A stretch of DNA of 64,000 nucleotides, from the NCBI RefSeq assembly GCF_009914755.1, contig NC_060930.1; one strand, given 5' to 3'. Under the pieces are notes generated by a model. The model made no database searches, was not told where the DNA came from, and saw nothing but the letters and a program-made list of their open reading frames with translations. Positions 45,561 through 58,937 of the stretch are shown one piece after another. The translations under genes were made by a program, and so were the position numbers. The stretch's first letter is position 1, and each line of letters opens with the position of its first letter. Source of the stretch: the human T2T-CHM13v2.0 reference genome, Homo sapiens.

Positions 45561-48500
45561 AAAATTAAATACACGAACTGCTTGCATTTAGAGGAATTTT
45601 TTTTAAAAAGGTGAAAAAAGAAAAAACGATCAAAAAAGTTTACCAAAAAATAAAGGATAGTATAGGCTTTTATATCTAAGGAAGGAAGGAGAGTCCAATA
45701 ATCTCAAATATTACATGGAAGTCAACGGGAATAAGGACTTGGGAAAAGTCAGAGATATCTCATCAGAAGACAGCAATTTTCGACGCATGAAAGGAATAGC
45801 AACCAAGTTACAAGTTATGAGACAATTTGAAAGGAACTAGAGGCATTAAGTAAAAACCACCCTACGAAGTCCAGCTATGAAGAACATATGTCCAGAAAGA
45901 CAGGGCAAAGTTTTTCACTGTCCTTCTGTACATCAATTCTTCTTAAGTTTCATAAACTTTCGCCAAGCTTTGCAGCTGAATGAAACCTTTACATATTTGC
46001 AAAGAGACAGGTAGGCATCAGTGGACACGTGGTGTACACCGGAGTAGGCCTGGAGAAAAGAATCAAAGATTCAGGAGAAGGCAGATCATTGTTAAGGTTA
46101 CATGTCACTTTTAAATAAATAATATTATAATCTTGGGCACTAAAAAATGATAGGGTTGCCATTCTCTATATTAAATGTCTCACCACTCAACAGTCAAGTC
46201 AATAGGTTATCAATTACAACCCTGCTAGAGAACAACTTCTTAATTCAAAGATTTAATATTTTTCATTCTTTTTTCACTTACCACACAGTCTAATCCAACT
46301 GAGCATTCACTAGACCTTTTTAAAAACTGAGACCAACTAAAAGACATGGTACAGACATCACCTCTCCTACTCTCAATTCTCTTAACCCCTGGTGCAAGGA
46401 CAAAATCTTTTCCTAATAGGGACATGGTTCCTCTTGGAAGAGGAGTGGGAAGTGAAAGTTAGGGTATAAATGGGGCTTCCTGGAACAAAGCTGATGGCAG
46501 AGAGGGGTGGGGGAGCCTAGAGTCCAGGAGTAATCAGAAATCAATTCAGATCATCTAGAGAGTAGGAAATCATTACAGACCAGATGCAGGAGTCCTGGTC
46601 TGCAACCAACGTTCGGACCCTACACAAGGCAATGGCTATGCTGAAGTGTGGTAGCTGCTACATAAAGCAGCTTGCTGACCTCCCCACACTGGAGTTACTG
46701 CCGTCAAAGTCTGTTACCTCAGCAGCTGAAATAACTTCTCATCAGCCTCTTTGTTTTATATTATGGAAGGAGAGAACCTTAAAAAAACTTAAGAATTAAA
46801 AAATGTTGTGTGGCCAGCTTGTAATAAGAAGTACAAATGTCATTCTAATTCATATTTTCCAAACCATTCCCTCTGAATTAAGATATTCTGATTTTTTTTA
46901 TTTCTCCTTCTCATGGCTAATAAATTAACACCATTTTTATAGAAAATTTCCAATTCTCCCTGGTACCAGTTCACTCCCTCCCAACAATATGATCACAAAA
47001 AATGGTTTAAGTAATCTCCCTTATCCACTGTCTTTCTAGTAGAGGTAATAAGATTGAAAAATAATATGGAAAGTTCCAGTCTCGGTGCCTACAAAAAAAA
47101 TGCCATCCACTTATATGCAGGCTAATCAGAAATGCAAAGGTACTAGACAATGAATAGCCTTTCTCTTATCTTTCTTTTCTAAGCTTAGTGAGCTACTCTG
47201 TCTTTACCCAACAAGCACATGCTTTATTAAGTTAGTTATAGATGACTAAGCTTTTACTTGGATAACAGGGGAAGTAGATTGTGCCTTCTTTCTCTCTGAT
47301 TTCTGGTCACTCCATAAGATAGCTGATAGATATACATGGTCTCACTGGGTGTAGAGATGATTTGTTAGGATTTATTGGCTGAGGTGAGAGGATTGTTTCT
47401 GTAACATGAGCTCTCTCTGAACTAGAGTGAGACCCAAGGCTGAAACTCAATATACGGCATAACCTCTTGACAAGGGTAGTCCACTGAATTTCAGTTAGCA
47501 TAGTGATAACTAAGAAGCACAGGATAACGTTGCCTTCCGTATCCTTTGCTGGATGTTTTTCCAAAAAAACAAACAAACAAAAAACTCCGAACAAGGAAGA
47601 CACAAAAACAAACTCATTTAAAAATGCTGTACCTTACACAACTCAGGCCCATAGCTAAATAACTCAACTGGCTCCAAACTGGGAAGCAAATGGCAATGAA
47701 AAAGCAGAAAGGACCTTTTGCTGCACTGTGAAGGCAGCCCACTGACAATTCTCAGAGGCAAGTGGCACCGCAAAAAGGAACTCTCAACATGAACAAGGAG
47801 CTTCCTGCTGCCAATCAATGGAGTACTCTTGGCTGTATGCTGAGTGAATGCCATTTATTAACTGGGCTGCATTAAAACCAGCAGGTCCATTTGTGAACAG
47901 CAACCCACTTTATTCTCCAGGAGATCTTGGGGAGTAGCATGCCCTTCTATGGCACAATGAATCTTACTTGGCATATTGGACACAGAACTTGTCCGACTTG
48001 GAACCACTTGGTACTTAAAGCAAATAAAGGATTAGAACACCCAGGTGTAGGAGATTAAGGACTTAACAGGCAGATGGAGGAGAAGAGCATAATCTGGACA
48101 TCCTTCAGCTTTTATTATAAGGGAAAGTTCCCCCGGGATCCCAGCAGAAAGAACAAACTTAAATGAACAAAATTTAGCAATTCTGTTGACAAAAGAATAT
48201 TTGAATAGACTTTTAAAAAATATGAGTTTGTAAGCCAAAAACCTGATTACCTTTCATAACAAAAAAATAAATCTCTACCCAAGAGAAAGGGAACTAAGTA
48301 ACAAAAATATGCCTTGCTTTCCACAGGTCATCATCTAAAAATGCGAACAACGCAACTTCATAGGTCTAGTTCAGACCGATGGGGCTTGAATCGTACAGTG
48401 TGTGGATGTCCAGTAAATGCTGTGTTATGGGCCCCTTTGATCTGCTGAATTCAGTCATAAGATTGACTTGTAAAAATCATCACTGTCATCACATTGTTCT

Positions 48501-48799
48501 GCTGATTAGCCTCTTCTGAGTGGTCCAAGCACCGAGGAGTCAGACAGAAAAATCTCCCACCCTGGATTTGGAAACTTCTCAATAAGGTACAACTTTTTCA
48601 ACATACTACTTCCCTCCTCATTTCAAGACCCTCCATGTGGGCCAGAGAGAGCAGTATGGCTGGCCCCTTACACAGTATGATCGTTCTCATTTCTGACCAC
48701 CTGAGACTGCTATCTATGCCTTATAATTGGGAAACCTCAAGTGCCTTTTACTCCTGCCTTTACACACCCACCATTTTCATGCCCACCATAGTAGCTCAA

Positions 48800-48888
48800 T
48801 TTTTTAAGAGACAGGGTCTTGCTATGTTGCTCAGGCTGGATTAGAACTCCTGGGTTCAAGCGATCCTCCTGCCTCAGCCTCTCAAGTA
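48800..48888 (-). mobile_element. FLAM/Alu monomer fragment
   Basis: GAGACAGGGTCTTGCTATGTTGCTCAGGCTGG...AAGCGATCCTCCTGCCTCAGCCTC. Confidence 0.85.
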
Positions 48889-48969
48889 CCAGATCAACTT
48901 TTACTGGACCCCAGAGCCTATGTGTTTCTTCCTTCTTGGAGATCCTTTATTAGTACTATTTTCTCCACA

Positions 48970-49640
48970 GTACTAATATTTTGATCCTTTTCCTTCCCAT
49001 TTAAGGGTCATGACCAACACTCCTATCACAAAAACAGGTTAACAAGAGAAAAACATAACAAATTTATTTGATCATAGTTTAGACGACACAGGAACCTTCA
49101 GAAGGAAGACCCAAAGATATGGCAAAAAATCCATTTTTATGCTTAGGTTCAATGATGTATGGACACCCATGTAGAAATATGATTTCACATAAAGAGTATG
49201 ATCTAATTAATGCTAGTAGACTGAGGTGAAGAAACCCAGCAAGGCCTGTCTGTTCAAATTCTTCTTGGCCACTTTGTACAGCATTTCTTCCTCCTGGGTA
49301 CAGGGCAGGACCCTTTCTAGTATTCGGGTCTTTTGACCTACATGCAAATAAGACAGGTCAGATAATTTCTTCATGGCCAGTTACTTCACAGAAAGGCAGG
49401 GGAAAGTTAGAGCAGTTGTTTTTAGGTGTTATGGCTGGCTTTGAAGAAAAAGAGAGGTTCTGGTTTCTATGCCCTGCCATGGGGAAGAGGTTCCTGTGGA
49501 AGCCAACTGTAGTTTCAGTGGCTAGCCTTGGGGGAGTAGAAGTGAGAAACAGGAAGGAAGGAGAAGGTCAGAGAGAAACTTTTATTTCTGAAACTGCTTC
49601 GGAGGTCTTCATTTTGGAGATTGTTTTCTGCACCCTAACA
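48970..49640 (-). mobile_element. MER39-like ERV1 solo LTR
   Basis: Minus strand starts TGTTAGGGTGCAGAAAACAATCTCCAAAATGAAGACCTC; internal CAGACAGGCCTTGCTGGGTTTC and GAACCTAAGCATAAAAATGG; LTR poly(A) signal ATCAAATAAATTTG near 49063-49070. Confidence 0.75.
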
Positions 49641-50229
49641 ACTCTTTGGACATTTAATGACACAAAATACAAGGCTGCCAATGTGGATGTTTTATCTCTC
49701 TCAGAAGACTTTCTTCCCCTCATTGTTTAATTATGGCATTTTCAAACATATATAGAGTTAACGATAATAGTATAACCAAGTCTCATTTAACCATCATTTT
49801 CCATTAAAAATTATCGATGTATACGCAATTGTCTTAGTGGACTTTATATTCTCTAAGGAAAAGTATAAAATTGTTTTCATTTTTTTTTTTTGCTGGTTTT
49901 GTCCCTAAACACAGACTAGTGCTAAGCATGTACTAAGAACTTAGCACTTGGTTGTGGAAATGAATTAAACTTCAGTTCACCAAAGTTCTGAGCATTCCAT
50001 GAAGTATTCAGCCTCATCCAATCAATTCTTGGATACACAACCCATGAAACCATTCAGTGTTTTTAAAGAAACATTAACAAATAATATTAAAGAATAAGTC
50101 CCCTGAGAAAGTGTATGCATATAAAATAATTCTAACTTTATTCTTGTACCATCATTGAATACTTAATCAGCAAGCCAATTTTCTTTTGACACCAAGACTG
50201 GAAAATCATCACCAATATACAGTCTGGCA

Positions 50230-50430
50230 CAGGAGACAGGGACTAGAATTTCACAAGAGAGAGGAGGGCTAGCTCTATTCTCACTAGAAACAAGACCTAA
50301 AGCAAGTCACTTACCCTCTGTCAGCCCTTATCTCTAAAATAAAAATAGTTGTACTTTTCCCAGTGACCCCATAGTGCTATTGTGAGGATGATTTTTTTAA
50401 AATTTGTACAATTGCTTTCTGAAATATAAA
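50230..50430 (+). mobile_element. MIR SINE
   Basis: GCAAGTCACTTACCCTCTGTCAGCC...CTCTAAAAT...ATTGTGAGGATGA. Confidence 0.65.
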
Positions 50431-51199
50431 GCACCTAATTGTTATATTGTCTTTATGGGACACCCTGACCTTTTTAAAAGAGGGCCTATAATACTATTGG
50501 AGGAAAAATACCTGAAATACATATAACAAGCAAAATGTCTAATAAGCAATACAGGCAACACACGTCCAAGGAGAAGGGAGAGACCACTGAGTGCAGAGGT
50601 ATTAAGCAAAGGCTACGTGGCAGAAGTGGACATAAAGTTGGGTCTTAAAGGACAAACAGAACTTGGACAATGAAAAGGAAGAAACAAAGCCATTTCAGGA
50701 CATACATATATTACATCCTAAAAAAAAGAATGGTAGAAAGATTAGAGTAGTTGCCTGAGGCTAAATGACGAAGGACCTCAAATAAAGGCTGAGTGTTTTG
50801 ACTTTAAAGGAAACACTGGCAAAATCTGAGGAGCTCAATATCAGCAAATTAGCATCTCCCAACAAGTAATTGACTTATAATAGATTTTAAGGTGAGAGAA
50901 AATAGGAAATTACCGTTATCAAGACCAGACACAATCAGAGCTGTGAGTAAACAGTAAAAAAGACTAAAGAAAAATATAAATGGGAAGCACGTACAAGATG
51001 AGACTAAGAATGAGTAAATAGGGTCCCTTGATAAAAATTATCTGAAAGCATTAGGATTCTTTCCTCAGATTGCAAAGCTCACATAACTGGAATCTACCCA
51101 TCTCATCTTGAAAAAGGTAACCTTTGACCTCTGTATCTGTCTCTGTCCCTCTGCAATGCCAATTTCCTTCCATATTTAGGTCCTTGGTTTTTTTCTGTC

Positions 51200-51545
51200 T
51201 CTAAGGTATTTCTCCTGATCTCTGCATGCCTAGTTCGTTTTTGTCATTCAGATCTCCAGGTGACAGTTCTTCCTAGAACACCTGGTCTAATGCAGTTTCT
51301 AAGACTTCTGCTTTCATATTTTTTAAATTTTAATTATTTCTTTAGCACTTGTTGTATTCTAATCTTTTTCTCATTTATTTATCTGGATTTTCTCCCCCAC
51401 TGGCTCTGACCCCTAGAGTAGAATTCCTGGGACTATAGGAACCTTGAAACTTATTCAGCACTGTCCAACCCCAGCACCCAGAAGGGTGCCTGGCATGGAT
51501 TAGGTTGCTCAATAACCACTCACCAAATGGATAAAATAAATAAGT
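51200..51545 (+). mobile_element. L2 LINE 3' end
   Basis: CCCAGCACCCAGAAGGGTGCCTGGCATGGATTAGGTTGCTCAATAA. Confidence 0.7.
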
Positions 51546-53823
51546 CAGTACAGCAGTCCTTCAGAGAGAAAGTGTTTCTGTTTTCTTCAGATCTAATTGG
51601 GTCCTATGCCTTCTTCAGGCTGGGAATTCCACTTCCCTTAAATGTTGTGAGTGATTCCCAAATCTTTTCAATTCTGTCTCTTTTCTACTTAACTAGCTCT
51701 AGTTGGTGTCTGTTATTTTTAAATAAGAGCTTTAAATAGACAATTTTGTGAACCTAATAAATCACAGTAGACTAGCTATCATCCCATATTGCAGGGACTG
51801 AAACTCAAGAAGTCCCACAACATAGTCACTCAGTGAGCAAGGAGGCCTTGACAGAATGGACATGAACATGTGATAATGGATATTAAACACAGGTCAAATG
51901 AGAACTAATCCAAACCTTTACCCAATATACAAAATGGCCTCTACTTTTTTCTCCACCACTATTTAAAAAAAAAAAAAAGGAGACCTTCTACTTCTAATTC
52001 TCACACTTCATGTCACAATGTCTAATATACGTATCAGAAAAACAATTATTTGGTTCTCTTTATTGTTCTGCTTACAATGGGTCTCACTCCAACCCCCCAA
52101 GACATAGAAAGAGGGGGTTAAATGAAAGAAAAAAACAAACAAACAAAGGAACAACAACCAAAAACAAAACACAGAAATTCATCCTGGTATTTATGGAGCT
52201 AAATTGACTTCATCTCTTTGTAAGCCTTACATTACTAAAGTTTACAACCAAACCAAAAGTGTCTTTTAATAAATATAAGCCCAGAGAACCATGGTATCTG
52301 TTTCTAATTATTATATTTGTGATGTTGTTGCAAAATGCCAGGATCTAAAGATATTTAAGCTTGAACCAAACCTTGTCTCTAGGTACTAGACATTTTTCAT
52401 TCTTTATTATTTTATTGAATTATTACTTGGTATAAATTTGACTATAGACCTTATTTTTAAACATAAAATGTGAACTGATTTACTGCTTCTAGAGGGCTGA
52501 GAAGAATGATTTTTTAACAGATCATTCAAAGAATATTAAGAATCTAATTCTCATAAGGGAATTCCAGTGGTGTGTGCAATGATTATTTATAACTAAATGC
52601 AGAAATAACATGTAGTAGCTAGTTTTATAATGATAGTTTTAAGAACACCTTTTGAAAATCAAGACAGCTAAAATTAACTATAAATTGTCCACTAGATTAC
52701 ATGAGTAAAATTTAGTGTCCAAAGTTTGTTTTCGTTTATATTCCAACCCCACTAACAACAGAATAATTAGATTCTATGTAATATTATGTAATGAATAATA
52801 AAATTGAAAAGACTACAAATGTCTGACATTTGCTGTATATTTCCTTCTTCCCACATTCTCTCAAATGAAAAATGTATTTGTTTTCTAAGAATTGAAACTG
52901 AAATCACCACAGCACAAAAGTTAAATTTTAGATAAAAAACGTATTCGTTTTTGTTTGTCCCTTATAACACCAATATTTTGTTCACATATTATATACACAC
53001 TGAAGTGAAGAAAAATAAGTCTTTGAAATGAAAATGGACAGAGTTCACACAAAAATTCAAGTTGTTCAAAAACTGGAAAGCCCTAAAAACTAGACCAATT
53101 CCAATTAACTATCAAAGTCAGCAGACAACATAATTGAAGACAAAAATAATTTTAAATTGTTATCTATTTGTCATGTATTATATGAAACAGTATAGCATTG
53201 TCAGAAACATCATTAAACTGATTAGACGGAAATGGTTCTCACATTTATCTGCCTGATCAATGTACGCTAAATAATTAATAAAGAAGTATGCAAAACAAGA
53301 AATCAGAAATGTATTTTTTCAGATTCAGCAAACCAAAGTGAGTGCTAGTTGAGAACATAAGCAAAGAACTGGTATCTCTTCCACTGCTCCTTTTAGCATC
53401 TGTCTTCCTCATTCCCCTTAGATAAAACAAACTCCTAAGTAAGAAAAAATCATGCATTGAACAAACAATGCTTATTTCTCCTGACCGCTCATTATTTTTC
53501 AATCAGTTACTGAAAGGGAATTGGACTAATTTATGGAAATATTTCTCAAAAGAAACAATGAAGGGTACTGTGGCAGCTGCCACCACCCTACATAAAAGCA
53601 GGTATGACTGAGCAGAATGAAAAGAGGCTTGTCACAGATTTACATTAATTGTTCTGTTAACTACCAGGGCTCTTTTGTTCATCTGTTAAAATTTATTTAC
53701 ACAACCATAAGTTTCATCAATGAATCAACAACAACTATTTAAAGTCAAAGTAGAGCAGACATTTTGTAATAAAAGCAAATCACCATCAGGAACCAGAGAG
53801 GTCACCTTCACAGGGTTCTAAGC

Positions 53824-53855
<32 letters not shown>

Positions 53856-54005
53856 AGACAGAGTCTCACGCTGTCGCCCAGGCTGGAGTGCAGTGGTGCG
53901 ATCTCCACTCACTGCAACCTCCGCCTCCTGGTTCAAGCGATTCTCCTGCCTCAGCCTCCTGAGTAGCTGGGATTACAGGCACCCGCCACCATGCCCGGCT
54001 AATTT
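53824..54005 (-). mobile_element. 5'-truncated AluS (right arm only) with its own TSD
   Basis: T-tail and right monomer ending at the linker (GGCTAATTT); flanking repeat CAGGGTTCTAAG (53811-53822) / CAGGATTCTAAG (54006-54017). Confidence 0.92.
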
Positions 54006-54692
54006 CAGGATTCTAAGTTTCAAGAAAACAATGACTATAATAATATGAGGGCCTTTCCAACCCATTTGGGGTACTCTGTTTGCAACAAAGAGAATCGTTA
54101 AGATTAAAAAGTAGCAGCAAAGATGTTTTGTTAATAGCCTATCAAATAAAAGGTATTTTGCCAGTGTAAAAATAAGCCACGATGACCGTGTTAGGTAAAT
54201 CCTGTTGCCGTAACTAAAATAAGTCTATCTAGTTGTGGCTAACTTCAGAAGTCACTGATACAGCTAAAGACCAAACTCATAAAAATCATACTATTTTACT
54301 AAAGACAAAAAATGGGAAATAATATTGCTCCACCACTACGTAAGCACAACTTCAACTGTGCATGAAGGTAAGAAACATTTACTTAGCACACGTTCAAATA
54401 TTAATACAAGTAAAAGATGACAAACATGAAAGTATCCAGCCTAGTATCCCACTCACAGTAGATACCCAATAGATCATCTTTCTTCCTTCCTTTCTAGCCT
54501 GTTTAGTCAGTGATCCACTGTCTTATAGCCCTGTTTAAGTCTTCTCTCTCCAAATAGATTGAAAAAAAAAAACTGCTTCATTCATTGGTAGATATATATT
54601 TTTTTAAATTCTGCCACGTGTCTCATATGTGCCATCCACAAACAGTATGTGCTGACAGGTAGTATTGCTTGAAAGCTTAAGACACAACATGA

Positions 54693-55090
54693 TGTATAAC
54701 AATGCTTTTGGCTGCACAGGAGAATAGTCATCTAAAAATTCTTTAAATAATTTTATTATTATTATTATTTTGAGAATAGGACCCAGGCTCCTTGAATGCC
54801 TTCTTCTGTCACCCTGTTTGTCAGCTATTTCCTTCCTTGCAGTTACAAAATGATCACAATGGCACCAAGAGCCATGTTCTCATACAACACTCTCTTTATT
54901 ATCAGGGAGGAACATCTTTCCCAGAAGTTTCCTGGCAGACTTTCCTTCCTAATTGACCAGAACTGTGTCGCATATAGCCATCCTTACCTACAAAGAAGCT
55001 GGGAAAGCAAGTAAGCTGGTTGGAACTCCTGCCACTATGGAAGAAAGCTAGGAGAATAACTAATAAATAGACAACAAACAATATCCACAA
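54693..55090 (-). mobile_element. Old MLT1 (J/L-type) MaLR LTR
   Basis: GCTTTTGGCTGCA, CTTTCCCAGAAG...CAGACTTTCC...ATTGACCAGAACTG...GAAGCTGGGAAA. Confidence 0.6.
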
Positions 55091-56339
55091 CACTGCTATA
55101 CAAGATCATGAGCAGAGTCACTTACAATGCTTATGCAGGAAGTTACCGCTATATGATATATCTAGAGAAAAAAAAATCCTGCTGCTTGTCTTTCTAAAGT
55201 GGGTCTCTATATGGATGAATGCAGATCAGCAAAAAAATTGGAAGAGTTCTGAGAGCTATGACAGAGGAGGGACATCCCCTCTTTTTACTCTTTGCATGGA
55301 TGGTTCATGAGTATGTTCTTCTTACACAGGCCTCTGTGCCTGAAGATCAATCTTTTAGAGGCTTTTTATTCAAGTAAAAACGGTCACTTGGTTTAAGCCC
55401 CAATCTTTTCAGATCCAAAGCCAGTGGAATCTCTGGAGTATAACAATCTTTCTACTGACAAAATATCAATATAATATACATTAATATAACCCCTTTAAAA
55501 GGAGACAAAAACAGAAAATCTCATGCCTGTCAATTCTTACATTTTTTTTCAAACCAATGGAAAATGTTAAGAAGAAAATGCATTGCAAAAGTTGTGTTTG
55601 TTTCTCCATGTATTGGGGGAGAAAAAGGCACTTTCTGCTATATTATCACATTCCAATTTCTGGACAAACCCCTGTAGTTTTCATCACACATCATTTTTGT
55701 GATTAATGATGGGCACCCAGTTAATGGAAAACAGTAGATTAGGTTTCCACTAATAGTTTTGCAAGTTACATACGTCTGCCTGCCTCATTTAGTAACAACC
55801 TCACTGTTCAGTAAGAAGGTAATGGATTTAATCCCAAAGCAGAACTTAGTTTTATGAATACAAGACAGGTCAGATTTCCAGAGTGGAGAAAATTACGCTT
55901 TTAGAGGTATGCTGATCTTCAGCTGAAATTTAATATGGAGATGACGCCTAAGGATTTGCGGGATTTTCCCTATTTACTTCTATTTAGCAATCAATTTAAG
56001 AATCTACAGTACTTATTTGTGGCCCATAAAATACGTAGAATAGCATCTTTCAACCATAGCAAATAAAACAAATGTAATACGATAATTTCTATAATTAGTA
56101 TAGTAAGCTGAAAAGGCATCGATTGTTCTGAACACATAGGTGAAAAACAGTTTGTTCCTTATATGTTAGTGGATCACTGTAATGATATGTCAAAAAGCAA
56201 AATTTACATTTGCTGGCTCTAAGTAAGTGTGATTTAAGAAAAATACACAGTACAGTGGAAAGCATCTAGGAATAGAGGAATCGACAAAAGAATTCTAGTC
56301 TCATTTCTACTTGAAATTACTTCAGAAACTAAACTATCT

Positions 56340-56615
56340 TTTGTTTTTGCTTTCCCCACTGCATTTTATATTTACCTCTCTTATGTCATTTAACCATCGC
56401 TATGGTATTTCAAGTTATATCTATGTATATCTCGCATTTCCCATCTGGACTAGCCTCCTTAAGAGCAGAGCAAACATCTGATTTACATTTTTATCTTCTA
56501 CAGAGCAAAGCTAGGCTGAGAACTTCATGAGAAAAGGGACTTTGCCTGTGTATCCCCAGGAGTTAGCATGATGTGACCTCACAGTATGTGTCTAATAGTA
56601 GATGTTACAATAAAT
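56340..56615 (+). mobile_element. L2 3'-end fragments
   Basis: CTCCTTAAGAGCAGAG, CTTCATGAGAAAAGGGAC...GTATCCCCAG...CACAGTATGTGTCTAATA. Confidence 0.45.
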
Positions 56616-58937
56616 AAAAAACTTGAAAAGAATGTCATGCTTTCAAAATAAAAGAAAATGGGGATATTCTTTAAGAACCTGATGGAATCTCAAGACTGGC
56701 CTCCAATATCTGGTATTTAAAGCAGTTGAGTTTCTCTTTAAATATAGAGACATCAGCACCTAAAACACCAATCAAAAAATTCTACCGTGTTTTGCCAGCA
56801 AACCAGCACTTACCAAACACTTCACAGGTATTGATTTGACTTTGAAAGCTATCAAAATGTATGGGAGATTTAATGTTTTTCATGTTACTTTCCAAGAGAA
56901 AGAAAGCACATAAATATAGTTTATGTTATGTTGGTTGTTTCTAATCACAAATGTACAGGTACAACTAATAATCTAAATGATTAAATTGATAAAAACATCA
57001 AACAAGTAATTTACTGAGCACTAAGCACATGAATAAAAAGTACTCTGTTGTTTGCTCTCATTGATTAAGTTTTGTAGGTTAAGGAAAAAGATGTGAGAGC
57101 AAAACAATCACTTAAGAAATTATCTATGGCTCAAATTTTAATCTGCAACAATGAGACATTTACCCATAGGTTCCATGTATTTATTTAGTCATCATTTTCT
57201 CTGACAAAACATCTCCAAAATGATGTCACTGGCCAGGCTGGAACTCACCCAGGCACTTTTTGTACTTCTTGCTTAAATACACCACAAGCACATATAACGA
57301 AGGGGGTTTTGTCATGCAAAATGAGACTGAACAAAGAATTATTAATCCAGTTCAAATTACTGTAACTTAATAGTAGAATTAACACCACAGTAATCTGTGC
57401 CATGAGAAAATGTTATTAACATCAATGATTCAAAGATAGATCTTTAACAACTTAGAAAAAATAACTACATGTATGTTATTTCGTAGTTACGAGGAAAAAG
57501 AAATATATCACAGATATACTACTTGCTGGATTTATCAACAGTTACTTCTATGTTGTTATTGTTCTTGTTTTAAAGTACAACTGACAGTCTGATTCCTTAA
57601 AGAACTATCTACACAGGAAACAAGTTGTGAACAGGGTTGAATACAGGCAATCTGACTTCAAAACCCATATTTTTAAGGAGTGTGCTAGATTAATTTTTAT
57701 TGGGGGTTTTAATTTGTTTTGTGGAGGCTGACTCTGTTGAATCAGAACTTCTTTCCAGTGCTAAGTTAAGCTCCTATGACAGATTCTCATGAAATCAGTA
57801 CAATGATAATGCATTGTGAGAGTGACCTGGTGATGACAGCCATCAACCCACTTTTGTCAGAGTTGAGCCCACTGATCTTGCAACAAGTGCTCTAGCATTA
57901 GTTTCACACACTCCCATCCACCTACCTACCATATCATATATGCAGCCCTCCTGGGGCTGTGGACCCTGAAAAAGCAAATGGCTCTCTCTGACTGAAGAGA
58001 AATATCCTTATGCTCCGGAATAATAGAATCAACTTGTATCTAATGAAAATCCATTGAAAACTCAATAAACATACAACCTTGAACTGAAAATCTTACCTGT
58101 GGAACCATGCCTACAATGTAGGAGGCTTTTAATAAAACAGAAAACTCAACTCAAGACAAAGCAATTAAAGCAAAGCATTTCTTTTTTCCCCTTCAAGAAT
58201 AAAGACAAACCTAACTTAAAGACATAATTCATTTTTAAAAGGCAGAAATAAAACTATTAGTTTATATATTGCTTGCTGACCATCATAAAATATACTTTTA
58301 CATAAATGTATTCTCTTTAGGCTTTATAATAAGCTACAAATAAACAAGTCCTTTAAAAGTTTAAATCTCAAGGTCTAACACAAAATTGACCTTTTAAAGA
58401 AATAACAGCATCCAGGGACGGAACCTCATAGTGAGGGTTACTGAACAAACTCTCCAAACTAGTAAATGAACCTTTTTTTTGTTAAGAGCATATAAACTCA
58501 GTCACAGAATCATAAAGTGGGTACTGACACTATTGATTGTCTGATTTAATCATAATTCAATGAATCATTTCTGAAACAAACATCCAAAGCTTTGTGAATA
58601 ACTTATCCTTTTTGGCTTATTTTTATATGTCATTTAATTTATTCAATTAATTAATCAAAATTAAAATAATTAATGAAAATGCCTCCCCCTTAACATAGTT
58701 CATGAAACTCTACATCACATTTATTTCCCAAATGTTACTTTCAAAAAGTCAGTAAATCAGTCCAGTCTGAAGATTACAATAAACTCAAAAAGGCTATTTC
58801 TTCCTGAACAAAGCTGTAGGAAAGAATCTGTCAATAAGTAGCTCTTTGTCAAACCACCAACAAATTTTGGACCTAAACTTATTTTAACACATAGAAATAC
58901 TTTCTCTAGTTTGAAGGTTTTGTGCCAATGTCTCCAA

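Noticed and set aside
57829-57876. Box C-like GTGATGA followed by CTGA, suggesting a C/D snoRNA
   Set aside because: Only about 45 nt, no terminal stem, and antisense to the host transcript.
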